From: Camelus ferus
Lineage: Eukaryota
Reading direction: 5' to 3'
DNA length: 64,000 nt
NCBI RefSeq assembly: GCF_009834535.1
Contig: NC_045705.1
Coordinates: 62,806,001-62,870,000 of the forward strand
Below, one piece after another: positions 51,711-64,000 of the stretch; the stretch's first letter is position 1; every line of letters starts with the position of its first letter. The notes beneath the pieces were generated by a model. That model was not told the origin of the DNA. It made no database searches and saw nothing but the letters and a program-made list of their open reading frames with translations. The translations under genes and the position numbers were made by a program.

Positions 51711-52284
51711 GTAAGGTCTGGCGTTTGACTACCCTTGCCCCCACATACTTTCCCCACTTCAGCCCAGAGCCAACTCCCACCAAAATCTGCTTAGGTTTCG
51801 TTCTTCTCTGCCCCTCTGCAGCTCCTCTTCACTGCAGGGGAGAAGTCTCTTCATCAGATGGCTTCCTTGAGAAAGATTCAGCAGGAAGCCCCTCAGCAAA
51901 AATCTGAGTTTGGGAAATGTGGAGTTTCTCCATTCTGAGTCTCCTCCATCACCTCACTTGGCTGAACTCCTTTAAGCCCATTGGTGACCCTCAGGAGCTA
52001 TTCAGCAGCCTGTGTACCGATGTACATCTGATAACTGTGGAGAGTGGAGCTCCCCCCCCCAAACTCTTGGAGTTAGGAATAAAACCCTATAGTAATGAGC
52101 CTGCCCTAATCAGACATAGCTGCACCATGAGTTAACAAATCCTGCAGCAGGCTAACAGATCCTGCCCGTGTCTCACTAAGTAGCTCATGGAAAGCTGATA
52201 CGACTCCTGTTCTCTTTATTTCCAAGTGTGTGAGAGTGCATGGTGTTATACGTTGTGTGCAACTTCTGGCTTTTGTATTGGCAG

Positions 52285-52377
52285 GTCTCTTGCTACCATA
52301 TCCAACAGCCAATCTAGTACTGGATGTGGTGATGCTCTTCCTTTATCTTGGGATTGAAGTAATTCGACTATTTTTTG
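52285..52377 (+). CDS. TMEM216: TMEM216 exon 3
   Basis: LLLPYPTANLVLD...VIRLFF; 93 nt. Confidence 0.97.
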
Positions 52378-52729
52378 GTGAGTGTTGTCCAGAGACTATT
52401 TCCATTCCTTCTGAGATGAGCTGCTATCTGTAACTTGATTAACAAGGAAAAGTGCATAACCTAGGTTCACAATAAGAGACTGGATCTGCTGGTATATCCC
52501 ATTACTTCCTCTCTGAAGTTTCAAGCTGCTTCGTATTTTGCTTCAAGATTTACCTGTCTGTTGCTCTGTGGGGTCGGAGCTGGGCAAGTGGCTTTAGATA
52601 TTAGATAATTCCTTCCCAGTTGTCTAACTGCTACAGGAGTGCCTGGTTCCTCTCACTGGTTGCTGGGAACTGAGATTCCCTCCACTCCTCTGAATGAGGA
52701 TTTCTCTGGGAGAGGTTTTATGTCCCCAG

Positions 52730-53560
52730 AAATACAGAGCCATCCCTTATTAATTAGAATATCTCATCCCTGAAAACAGTGTTAAAACACACACTGAGGA
52801 AAACAAACAATTTGAACATATGTAACAAAGGAAAAAGGAGGCTCACATAAATCGCTAAGAAAAAGACAACCTGCTTTTAAAAATTAACAAGGGACACTAA
52901 AGGGCAATTCACATAAGGATAATTACAAAGGACCAATAAACATGATAAAATGCCCGAACTCACTAATAAAAAGCACATTGAAAACAAGGTAACATTTTCA
53001 CCCATCAGATTAAAAATATTTCCAAATACCCAGTATTCGAATGGCTGTGAGGAACAGGTCTCTCTGGTCCCACACTCTTGTGGGTATTTATATTCCCACA
53101 CTCTCTAGCAATATAAATTAATATAACCTTTTTGCTAATAGTTTTATCATATAAAATTCATATTCTTAGACCTAACAATTTCACTTCTAAAAACAGGTTG
53201 AAAAACACAAACACTTGGACAGACACACAAAGATATCTGTGTGAGAATGTTTATTGCCATGTATATTGTAACATCAAAACATTAGAAACAACCTAAACAT
53301 CTATCAAAACAGGGTTAGTTAAATAAATTATGATCTTGAGTCAATGAAACTGTTCATCGCCATTAAAAAAGAGTAAAGTAGTTACGCATAGAAAGATGTC
53401 TAATTATGTTAAATGGTTAAGTAAGTTGCAAAACAGTATGCAGAGTATGATTCTATTTTTATAATAATTAGTAATATGTGACTATACACATAAAAAAAGT
53501 CTGAAACAGTATACATCATAGGCTATCTCTAGGAGGTGAGTCACGAGATCTTAGTTTCTG
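52730..53560 (+). mobile_element. Old L1 3' fragment in TMEM216 intron 3
   Basis: Degenerate ORF2 end and 3'UTR: acaatttcacttcta...gaatgtttattg...aaacaacctaaacatc. Confidence 0.7.
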
Positions 53561-53866
53561 TATTAGCTGAAAAGTTTCTAATCATTATATATTATTTTTA
53601 TAATTTAAAATATTTTCCTTAAATAAAGATCCCATTGTTCCCTGACTGGGAGTCAGACTGGAAGCAGGACCTTTCAGTAACTCCAAACCTACAGCTGTTC
53701 CAAAGCATCTAGTTTTTAATGCTGTGGGACCCCGTTTATAAATCTGCACATCCCTATTCAGGACCATTTTTCTCTACTTGCCAGTTCATCCCATCCCACC
53801 CCTCTTTCCGCTGAGGCCAAAGAAAGCAGGCCACTTGGAGGTGACTCCATGGCCTGTGTCTGACAG

Positions 53867-54068
53867 GTACAAAGGGAAACCTCTGCCAACGAAAGATGCC
53901 ACTTGGTATTAGTGTGGCCTTGGCCTTCCCATCTGCCATGATGGCCTCCTATTACCTGCTGCTGCAGACCTACGTGCTCCGCCTGGAAGCCATCATGAAC
54001 GGCATCTTGCTCTTCTTCTGTGGCTCAGAGCTGCTGCTTGAGGTGCTCACCATGGCTGCTTTTTCCAG
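53867..54068 (+). CDS. TMEM216: TMEM216 exon 4
   Basis: TKGNLCQRKMPLG...TMAAFS; 202 nt. Confidence 0.97.
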
Positions 54069-54331
54069 GTACTTCTGTTTAGGGATCATTTCCTGTCACC
54101 TAAAGGTTGGGTTCCCATCCCAGGGAGGGATTCATTGTTCTAAAGCCTGAGGGGTCTGGAGGGGAAAAGGGTGTCTCTGGGACTGCCTTTCCCATTTAGG
54201 GTAGATAGTTACTTAGGGAAGGTATTCTCCTTGTGCTTTGGGGCCACAAGTCTTGGAATATAGAACAGTTCGGGCCAGCTGCTCTCTTCCACTGGTCTTT
54301 TAACATTTTGTTTTTTCCTTTCTGCCATCAG

Positions 54332-54347
54332 TATGGACAGGATTTGA
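54332..54347 (+). CDS. TMEM216: TMEM216 exon 5 coding part
   Basis: CATCAG|T ATG GAC AGG ATT TGA (S-MDRI*); an alternative acceptor would start the exon at 54341. Confidence 0.88.
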
Positions 54348-54892
54348 AGTACAGAAATTTCAGCCAGCAGCCCTCACTGGCTGAGGCCACACATACATCT
54401 GGTACTTTAGCCAGACCAGTGAGAAATGGTGGGTCAGTGGTGTCCTGGGAAAGGTTGCAGCTTTTCCTCAGCACAGACATTTGGGCAACAAATGAACATA
54501 AGGCCACTGGGCACCATCTTCCAAACCAGGACCGTCAGCCTAAGAGACTCTTCTACACTTCAGTATAGGGAGGGGCAAGGCTGTGCCCATCTTGGCCCTT
54601 CTCAGAACCAGTTCCCTTCTGACCTCAAGTTCTTCTCTTTGATCATCGTGGCCAGAGCATCTTATGTGGACTGTGTAGGCGCCTTGGGCTTCTGGCAGGA
54701 CCTGAGCCACGCACTCCCTGTGTGTGCTGTGCCACGTGTGTCCCACACAAGCACACCACGCCTCAGGACGGTGCGCTCCCAGGGCGATGCAAAAGCCTCT
54801 TATCCCACTTCTCAGAGACTGAGCTCCAGAACTTTTTTAGTAGCTTGTAGTGTTATTTTTCTACTCTCGTCATGAAACAAACATTATTTTAT

Positions 54893-54898
54893 AATAAA
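54893..54898 (+). terminator. TMEM216 polyadenylation signal
   Basis: AATAAA about 550 nt after the stop. Confidence 0.75.
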
Positions 54899-57740
54899 TA
54901 CATATTTTCCTTTGTGGGGGTTGTAGCCTTTTCCTTACGGCACCTGCCCCTAGAATTTCGTCCACTCCAGGAGAGGGTGGAGACTATCCCAGCAGTGTGT
55001 TCTCAGCTGTGCTTAGTGATCCAATGTGGACAGCGATGAAGGTGTCCCACTGAGTTTCTTCCTGCAGCTCCAGCCTCAATCCCTAAAGTCACTGCCAACT
55101 TCTGTATCTTCCTCAGGTCTGTCATCCTGACTGCTTGTACTTGTCACCTCTGCCCCAAAGCCAGCATCTTGTCTCTCATTACTCTTAGAGATAATTGTCA
55201 CCTTTCCAGAGTGAGGCATGAGTAATTGGAAGAAGCATACTCTAAACTTACCAATATTTTTTGGTCATTTGTTTTAAAATTTCAAGTTCACGTAAAAGGA
55301 ACACATACTTTTATTATTTAAGCTGGAGAAATGGTGCCCTAGGTGAGTGTGTCGTTCCCTTTTCCAAGTAACTATCTGAAACTTTCTCATCTTGCATAGT
55401 AGAGGCCATTTTTTTTAGCCCCAAGAAGCCACCAGGAGCCATGACAGAATCCACTTTAGGAAACTTTGATCCATATGGCCCCTCTACTGTCAGATAAATC
55501 CAAGAATATCTGCTCTTACTCAAAGTAAAAAGTAATTGGCCTTTAAGCATTTCATGTTGATTTTTAACTGCTTATTTCCTGTGATCAGGCGCATTCTCAT
55601 CCCTATGAAGGTCTCCACCATCCAAAGCACTGATGCTTTTTCTTGTTTCCTATCCTTTCTGTGTCCTTGTCTCCCAGCTGCTTTTTGGGTCCATCCAGAA
55701 ACTATAGCAGACAGATCTAACCAAGCATGAAGCAGTAACAAAAAATCCGATAGGAACTTCCCTGACCCTTCAGTCACGTATCCCACTACTACCTTGATAT
55801 TCTGCTGCTTCTCACAGTGCTTTTTTGTCTAGCCCTGCTTTGAAGAAATTGCTGACATCAAACTGCAGAGGAACTCTTTCTCCATGGCCTCCCTATTCCA
55901 TTTATTTCATAGGTTAAGGTCACCCTCCAGCAACACAGAATGGAAGGCTCAGTTGGAAGTTTAGAGGTGGCTTATATTCAAAGGGACTTTAGAGATCAAC
56001 TTAAATCTAACCCCTACTTTGCAGATTTAGAGATGAGGAAATAAAGCCAAGCATCACACAACTGGTTACTAACTGGTTAGAAACCTGGTCTTGTGTGTCT
56101 CAGTCTGGATCAAGGAAGTTCCATTCCTCAACAGATACCACATGAGAATGAACGGTTGAAAATGGGGATAGGATTAGGATGAGAAAGTCCTCTGATTTAT
56201 TTTATGGTTATCTGAAAGCTTAGTGCATTGTTTCCCGTGCACGGCTTTTTAAGTGTTCATTCTTCCTGATGCTTGTTGGAGACACCTGTGTGGATGCAGT
56301 TAGTCACACCAGAGTAGAACGTCATACAACGGAAACTGAGGCAGTGGAGGACGGGAATCGGCGCAGCTAGTCTTTCAGTGTTAATGTGTCAGAGGCTGTA
56401 GTCACTGTAGCGTCAAGGGAAGCCACTATGCCCCATACAGACCTGAAGGACCAATATTCTGGGACAGTGGAGAGCAGAGCAGCCCTGGTCACAGGAGTGG
56501 CAGAGCCCTGCTCAGGTATCCATATTCATGCCTAGAACTGTCAAGTGACTGCAGCAGCCGTCTCTAGGGCTGAAGTCTTGGCTCAGTTCAGGAAGCACTT
56601 AGGACACACAGATTCAGATTTCTGGTTCTATGCTGTGACAGCAACTTGTAGGAGACTAATATTCAGTCATTGCCTGGCAGAGTATATTTAGTCCATACAA
56701 CAACCCTGTGAGGCGGAAAGACTTGGATATCAGTCGATTTGGGTACTGGGCATTCAGCTTAAATAGTAAACTGGGATTTGAACCTAGAGGTGACCCAAAG
56801 GTCATTCATTCCCTTTCTATACCACCGTGGTAGCCCCTAGAAGAAACTGAAGATTGTATCTGCTTCTCTAAACTAGCAGTCCTCACACTTCAGTTACATA
56901 AGTCATCTGGGGCATAAAAAGTAGGTTTCTAGACTTCAGAGACTGATGCAGCACAGGAAGGCATTTCAGCAAGCACGGCACATGAGTGTGATGCAGACCA
57001 CGGAACTCAGCTTGAGAACACTGGTTTACGTTCTGAGAGGCACTCCAACTTTCCTTCATTTCACGTCATAGACCCCCAGGGTTACTTGTTTTTACACTGA
57101 TTGATCTAGCCTTTACTGGTCCCAGTAACATATTACATATCACCTGGTCTCTGACTTTTTATTGTTACTTGCCTCTTGTTCACCTTGCTTTTTTAAAAGC
57201 CAGCTTTCTGGAATCCCAAGGATTACTCCACAACATAAGCTTTCTAATCTGTATTTCCTCATACTTAGATAGCAATTCAGTTTACATAACATGCTCACAT
57301 TTGTTATCTGGTTCTTAAAACATCTCTGTGTGGTGGGCAGAACAGCACTTCCATCTTACAGATGAAAAAGAGACTGCGGTTATGCTGCTTATTCAGTTAG
57401 ACACATGGCGGAAGCAGGCACTAGTAAGCACATCTTAACGCCAAAGGGCAGGTTCTTCCCTTTCTGAACTAGGTGACACATTGGAGCTAAACTGTACAAG
57501 GTAGGACATTTATTCTGAGAATAAGTCTTAGGAATCTTTAAGGATAAAGGATGACTTGGAATTCTTCTTTAACTAGGCTGTTTAGATGGCTAAGGAAAAA
57601 GGCTAAGCCTCAAGGGGCACCTCCAAAGGTTTGCACAAGAGGTCCCCTAGGAGGTGTACCACACGCAACTACATGCCCAATGTGCAATTCCAGCTGAGAA
57701 CTTGGGTTTCACTCCCCTCCCAAAGCCTCTACATCAGCCC

Positions 57741-57953
57741 NNNNNNNNNNNNNNNNNNNNNNNNNNNNNNNNNNNNNNNNNNNNNNNNNNNNNNNNNNNN
57801 NNNNNNNNNNNNNNNNNNNNNNNNNNNNNNNNNNNNNNNNNNNNNNNNNNNNNNNNNNNNNNNNNNNNNNNNNNNNNNNNNNNNNNNNNNNNNNNNNNNN
57901 NNNNNNNNNNNNNNNNNNNNNNNNNNNNNNNNNNNNNNNNNNNNNNNNNNNNN
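57741..57953. other. Assembly gap (213 N), probably hiding the CPSF7 poly(A) site
   Basis: Run of n; no minus-strand AATAAA seen by eye in 57954-59825. Confidence 0.9.
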
Positions 57954-59825
57954 CTTTTTGAGGGTTGGGTTTTTTTTCCTTTTGCTATCAGGAAATAAAA
58001 CTAAAAATTGTGTCATTGAGTAAAAACAAAACAAAAATGGGGAGAAAAAAATTCTCCGGGTAAACGGCTTTTCTGGTATTCTATATATATTTTTCTCCTT
58101 AAACTGTCACCTTACTTGGTTTTCTCTACATTAAAAAGACACCCGGAGCTGCTCTTGAGGATAAGCACATCACTTAACACTTGGCCGGCTAGGCAGGGTG
58201 CCATATTCTGAAGTGGAGGTGGGGATGGGGTTGGGGGACAGGGGGAAAAAAGCTACAAACCTGTAGCCTCTGTCCCAAGGGAATGTGCCTCTCCAACCCT
58301 GGGGGGGACTCCCTCAGTGACTGAGGGCTATGTCAGAAACGTGCAGGGAACAGAGGAAGGGTTCGGTCCAACTAAGTCTCTCCCCTCTGAGCCAGAAGGG
58401 TCTCCAGTGACCCTATGTCTCACATGCCACGTCTCTTCTCATGTTAGATGTCATGTGCCCTATAGATGCATGCAGAAGTAGCATCCATCACCCCATGGGT
58501 ACTGCAGGACCCTGTTGCTGCTTCTTCCTTCAGCAGCAACCACATCACAGTCTGGATGTTATAGGAAAAGCAATTCCATTTGCCTGTGTAGAAAATGGCC
58601 CCCAAGTGGTGGTCCTTAGAACTCTGAGCTGAGCTCATTCAAATTAGGCTCCACTTCTTCCTTGCTCCTTATCGGAGGCAGCAAGTACCTCCAGGCAGAG
58701 CGAGGGGAGCTATTAAATCAATAGTCAAAAGGTGGAAAAATACCAAATTTGTGACTTTACCTACTAGTGCCAGGTTATCCCACAATAAGTAAAAGTATGT
58801 ACCTGGAGGATGCAAGCCATGCTCACATCAAACCTGAAAAAAGAAAAGCCTATGGAAGTAGGCCATATCCTGCCCAACTTGCCTCCTTCCCCACTCCTAG
58901 AACTTCACAAGGGTTCTTCACTGCTGAGGTCTGATGTCCCCAACTCCCAATGGCAGTACCTTCCTCTAAAACAAGGAAGCAGCCTTCTTGGGGGAAGGGC
59001 TCCACCTGTGAAATGGAAAAGCCCCAGGGAAAGGGAACACCTAGTGGAGCTGGTTATTGTATGAGGCAACTGAGCAACAAGCAGTAGAGGATAGTAATTG
59101 GTTCTGCCAGACTCCCCACCAGAAAGCAACCTCATGAGGCTTCCCTGCTCGGGAAGTCCACTGAAGAGGCTGGGCAGCAAGGAGTTAAAAGGGTTTAGCC
59201 CTCTGGGAGGTCAGGGAAACAAACCATCAATATGTAAGAGGGAAAAGCAAGAACAGAAGCTTTTCATAAGGTAATTTCTGTCCTCATGGTCCCTCCTCAA
59301 AGGGCTGGGAAGAAGATAAAGGAGTTAAACAAAGAAGTGGTATGTTAGCAAGGGGTCTGGACCCTCTTGGCCCCATCATACCTAGTGCTGAGGGCAGGAC
59401 CCTGGGCATATTTTGGCACACCCAGTCACTCTCCTAGATCCCACAGGAAGGATCCATTTTCTATGGGAAGGATGTCTTCCCATCAACCTCACCACTGAAC
59501 TGCTGGAGAATCAGAAACTCATACGTTTCCTTGGACAAAGCACCATTCTCTATGGAGACCAGGGACCTGGACATGGTTTCCTCCTGTCTGCCACCCTCCC
59601 AACCACATGAAGTCTTTAGGTTCTTTCCCCTGGCAAAAAGGAGTGGGACTGGGAGGGCTGCCAGGCAATCTTCAATCCTGTAGGGCAGAGGGTATTCCCT
59701 GGGTGTCTGCAAGGGGTTAGGGGCTTGGAGGAAGGGGAAGGGGTGGAGCGGCCTCCGTCCTTTAGTCCTGATCAAGGTGAGGAGATGCAAGTCCATTAAA
59801 AAAACATCTGCTTCCAACCAGACTC
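57954..59825 (-). other. CPSF7: CPSF7 terminal, non-coding 3'UTR exon
   Basis: Minus-strand acceptor: CTAAC branch (59866-59870), long pyrimidine tract, TTTGCAG|GAGTCTGGTTGG. About 1.9 kb of repeat-free sequence; CPSF7 follows TMEM216 tail-to-tail in mammals. Gene name rests on synteny and recall, since no coding exon is in the window. Confidence 0.7.
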
Positions 59826-61331
59826 CTGCAAATGAGAACATCAGAAGAGAAGAAAGAAAACACAAGTTAGAGGTTACTTTCTGATTAACAAGGGCTTATA
59901 TAAATTATACTGGCATTTTCTAAAGCTACAACATAAGAAAGAGGGGATGGAGAAAGAGAGAATGCAAGCCTGGGAAAGTAAAAGACAGCAGAACTGTCTG
60001 GGAGTGTCTGGCACTGCGAGTAGTGAGGAAATGGTCGGAGGAGAAGCTACAGTGAACAGAGGAAAAAGGAGTGACATCTTACTTTAACGTTAGGGGAAAA
60101 AAGAGACAATGAAGTCTCAAAGCAGTCTGAAGAGACTTTGGCTGGAAAAGTATGGAAACTACTACATTTCAAGAGAAGTTGCTATAAAGGAGCATGGTGA
60201 ATTTAAATACTGTTTCAGAGTATCTATTCTGAGCAAGTCGTAGCTTACCTTAGGGGAAGGGGAAAAATCTGGAAATGGGAGGTACAATGGTAAGAAAACA
60301 AATGTGTACATAACCAAATCCATTAACCCCCAAACACCCAAGAGGTTCTAGCAAGGAGCATGTACTTAACACAGGAAAACTCCTAAACTTACTTTCTTTT
60401 AAAGAAGCATGCACGCACACACACACAGAGCTAGAGATGTTCCAAGTTGTACAAAAACTCAAGAGATTTTAAGTTTTTCTCCAGATGACAGCTGTGGGTC
60501 AGGGACCAAGAAGCATACTAACACTAATCAGCAGTGATCTGGCCAGGCCAGAACAGAAAGCAGAGCACAGAAATAAAAGAAAATAATCAGTAGTCACCAT
60601 CCAAGAAACCTAAAAGTGCAGTCAAGAATTTCTGCTGAACAGTAAAGCACTATTAAGCCACTTGTCACATCTCGACCAAACTTAAGGTGTCTAGCACACT
60701 CAGCCCTTGTTCCAGTGTTGTAGTATCAATCTGCAGAGAGTGGTCTGGTCAATCTTACCACATAGAACAGAACTGATAGTGAAAAGGAAAAAGGATTAAA
60801 CTCAGGCTTACGATTTCTACTAATGCCCAAACTGACAACATAGCCTACACATAAGTGCTCACCCTCAATGTATGTATTTCTGTAACCTAGAGGAGCTATC
60901 CAAGAGACACCTGATCCTTCTACATTCCGCAATAGCACTATTTCAGCTTGGGATCCTCAGAATCTGTCATGGCCTCTGACTTCTCTAAACACCTATGCAG
61001 GCAGGTATCTGTCTCATTTTCTATAAAGCAAACTTAAAATCACACCATTTGGGTTTCTGAAGCTTTGCATTAGATCAAAATTGAACAGAATGCTCAGTTT
61101 TCATTGGACCAGAAGGATAAGAATGAGGTGACAATGACTATATTTCAAGCAGAATAATGTCCTAAAATAATGAGACAATAGCCTACAACTACAGTAAGTC
61201 AAAGCCACTGACTACCCAAGAATATCCTCGAATTCCAAAGCATACACACATATACCACAAGAGATGTAATTTGGGAACTGTTCCTACAAAACAAGACTCA
61301 CGAGGATAATTAGTGCATCAGAAGTAAACTA

Positions 61332-61527
61332 CAATTGAGCCTTCAACAATATGGGTTTGAACTGCACTAGTCCACTTACATGCAGATTTTTTTCCCCCAA
61401 TAAACAGGAGGTTGGTTGAATCTGTGGATGTGGATCCGTAGAAACGGAGGGCTGACTGTAAAGTTATACTCGATCTTCAACTACACAGAGGTCAGCTCCC
61501 CTCCTCTATGTTGTTCAAGCTGAACAG
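61332..61527. mobile_element. Tigger2-type (TcMar) MITE
   Basis: TA + CAATTGAGCCTTCAACAATATGGGTTTGAACTGC ... TGTTGTTCAAGCTGAACAG, degenerate terminal inverted repeats. Confidence 0.75.
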
Positions 61528-62269
61528 CACCCAATTGTCGGAGGTTAATGGCTCCATTTTAGTAGTAATGTCTGAATGTAGACAGGAACCAAAATGGGTC
61601 AATCACACTGTAGGCCCCAGAGGTGGAGCCCATCCTGAGCAAGGATTGGATAAAGGCTGCTGCCTCTAGATGGAACACATCTTTGCTCTCAGGGAAAACC
61701 TGTCTATACAATATAAGTACTATTATTTTTCTAGCAAAAAGGTATACACAAAGCCTGCAAAGTTCTCAAGGTAAATGAGGCCCAGGCATCACCTCCCCAA
61801 CATGAAATACTCCTAAGTCACAACTTGCTAACTACAGATGGAATTAAGAGTCCCCAGAAGAGAATGTGAGAAATTGCTATTTTTTGGGTGTCAGGCTCAG
61901 TTCTTTTGGACTAATTATCCACATAGCATAACCAACATATCTAAGGGGTGACCAGGAAAAATGGGGAATTAGAAAACCTGCCTCAAAAGTTAATCTTACT
62001 AACTTGTCATAGGCCAGCACCAGCCAAACGACTGTTTTCTGGAAACTACTGGGTTATAGGACTTTTCAGTTATCCAACTTGAATCACACTCATAATGGAA
62101 AACACAATTCCATTTTACAGATGGAAAAAATGAAGCAAGATAACAGCTAAAGCCTCAGGTTCAGATCCTCAATCCTCAAAGTACTAATGGTCAGTGGATC
62201 CCACAATTTCTCTGTCAAAAGGCTGTTAGGAGCAAAGTCACCAGGAATAGTGACATGCAGCTACATGTT

Positions 62270-62425
62270 CTTTTATGTTTTGTTTGGGTTTTTTCTTTGG
62301 TTTTTTTTTTTCTTAATTAAAAAAATTTTTTTTGTTTTTGTTTTCTTTTGTTTTTTCCAATTTTTTATTCTTTTAAAAACTTTTTTTGTGTTTTTTGGGG
62401 GGGTTTTGTTTTTTTTTTCTTTATT
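62270..62425. repeat. T-rich low-complexity tract
   Basis: About 155 bp dominated by T-runs. Confidence 0.9.
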
Positions 62426-64000
62426 TTGCAGTTACATGTTCTGACTACTAAGCTGAGTGTGGCTCCAGAGACTGTAATTCATGCTTTGCACAAACTAAGC
62501 AGTACCTCCCTGGTCACTCTTATCTCAGCGCCAAAGGACACACATGATAGGCTGCAGGATGAGGGAGGGAGTGACTGATGCCAAACCCACAAGCAACACC
62601 AGCAACTGTGCTAGTTCAAACAAGAGGACGGAAACACTGCTCCTGGGACAGAAGGGGTGAGACCGATCAAAAGACCTTTTCTACCCCCTCCCTAAGACTG
62701 AATCAGACCAAAGCTGTCTGTGGGCTCCACCTCTCTCGGAGTCTGCTCTTCTGGAGGATATATGGGCACCTCCCCAAACTCAGCCTATTGCAAAATCTAG
62801 AAATTCCACAGCCTAACTGCTGATTTTCTGAGGGGTATCTTAGATTTCTGTGATGTCAAGCACTCCAAGACTTTGTGGAATAAATGAGTGGTTTAAGAAC
62901 AGAGAAGGGAGGCAGGTAAAAACCTGTTAACTTTTCATTTTCCCACTTACCTGCTTTCCATAGAACAAAAAGAATTCCCCGCAACAATTCCACTTAAGTT
63001 AACAAAAGATAATGCCAAACAACAAAGTAGCAGTCAGTAGCTGAACATAACAAGACTCCTTCTCTTGTTTGTTAGTAGGTTGTCACTAGGCAAAATACCA
63101 CAGTTTTTCAACTGTTTACAGTCCAGCTATTGCCTGTGAACTACAGGCACCCATAGGAAGTGGGGAGGGTTTCTTATCTCTTTTTCATCCAGTCATCCAT
63201 CTATCCACCTCACAGATACCAAACACAACTATTCCTTCTCTTCACCCTCCTCAATTACCATTACTTCAGACCACCAGCTCAGCCAAAAACCAAGAACATT
63301 TTCCTAATGCACTTGATATGAAACTACAAAATTGAGAAGAGACCCCACAGTCAGCTGGGATCATGCAATAACCTTCAGGAACCACAAACAGATCATCTTA
63401 GCCAGTGTCTAGATTAGTTTTAAAGATCTCCACAGAAACAGTCAACAACTGCTCCTGCTTGCTTATATACTAGAAACAATCTCTGCTGGAAGCTTGTCTT
63501 CAGTTGGGATTGCCAAGCTGGTGGGATATAACCTGGAGCCTGTCTGAGAATGAAAGTAACAGAGCTGGAGCCCCTAGATCCAGTCAAGCCTAACTCAACT
63601 TTTAAATTACTTCGGTTAATATAGTTCCCCACCCTCAATTCTCCTGCTTTTGTTTTGCTTCATTAAAAAAAAAATTGCTGTCACTAAGTTCTTCCAAAAC
63701 AAATATATCCTGCCACTGAATTATCCTCCACATCGATGCTCAAGCTCTAAAGGTAATTTTTTTTCAGATCAGCTTTCTCCTCTCTGACTGAAGTATCTTG
63801 ACTTTCAAACTCTAATAGATATTAATTCTTAAAATCATTAGTGCTGCACCTTGAAACCTTGCACGTAGGCGATGATCTTACTTTTCTGTCTTGATCAATT
63901 TTCCCATTTTTTCATTTGAAAGTTTGGAGGGGTTAAAATATAACAATGATAATAACAATAGCTATCATTTATTGAGAACTTACTATGTGACAGGTACTAT

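Larger units (their letters stand above)
51035..54347 (+). other. TMEM216: TMEM216 transition-zone protein (JBTS2/MKS2 gene), CDS span, 141 aa
   Basis: Five exons sum to 426 nt: MAPRGKRLSSTPLE...AAFSSMDRI*. Confidence 0.98.

Overview
Mammalian genomic DNA covering the conserved DDB1-TKFC-CYB561A3-TMEM138-TMEM216-CPSF7 block (human 11q12.2 synteny). A tRNA-derived SINE and an L1 3' end suggest a camelid, which is an inference. I traced exons by hand using GT/AG boundaries and phase. DDB1 (-) has coding exons 1-8 (335 codons) and continues off the left edge. TKFC (+) is complete at 578 aa. CYB561A3 (-) has all coding exons but one extra base in the penultimate one, shifting the frame. TMEM138 (+, 162 aa) has exon 3 mostly hidden in an N-gap. 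TMEM216 (+) is 141 aa. The non-coding last exon and last intron of CPSF7 (-) lie at the right end. There are three CpG-island promoters, two of them bidirectional, and four N-gaps. The TMEM138-TMEM216 spacer is mostly L1 with a nested ERV-L remnant. I see no new gene system; most short ORFs in the track are noise. Best leads: the CYB561A3 frameshift (real or assembly error), a candidate NMD-switch exon in the CPSF7 3'UTR intron, matched X-boxes in the 5'UTRs of both ciliopathy genes that also create upstream ATGs, LTR-borne CTCF motifs between those genes, and an unidentified poly(A)-tailed GC-rich insert. Repeat family names and boundaries come from recalled consensus sequences and are approximate.
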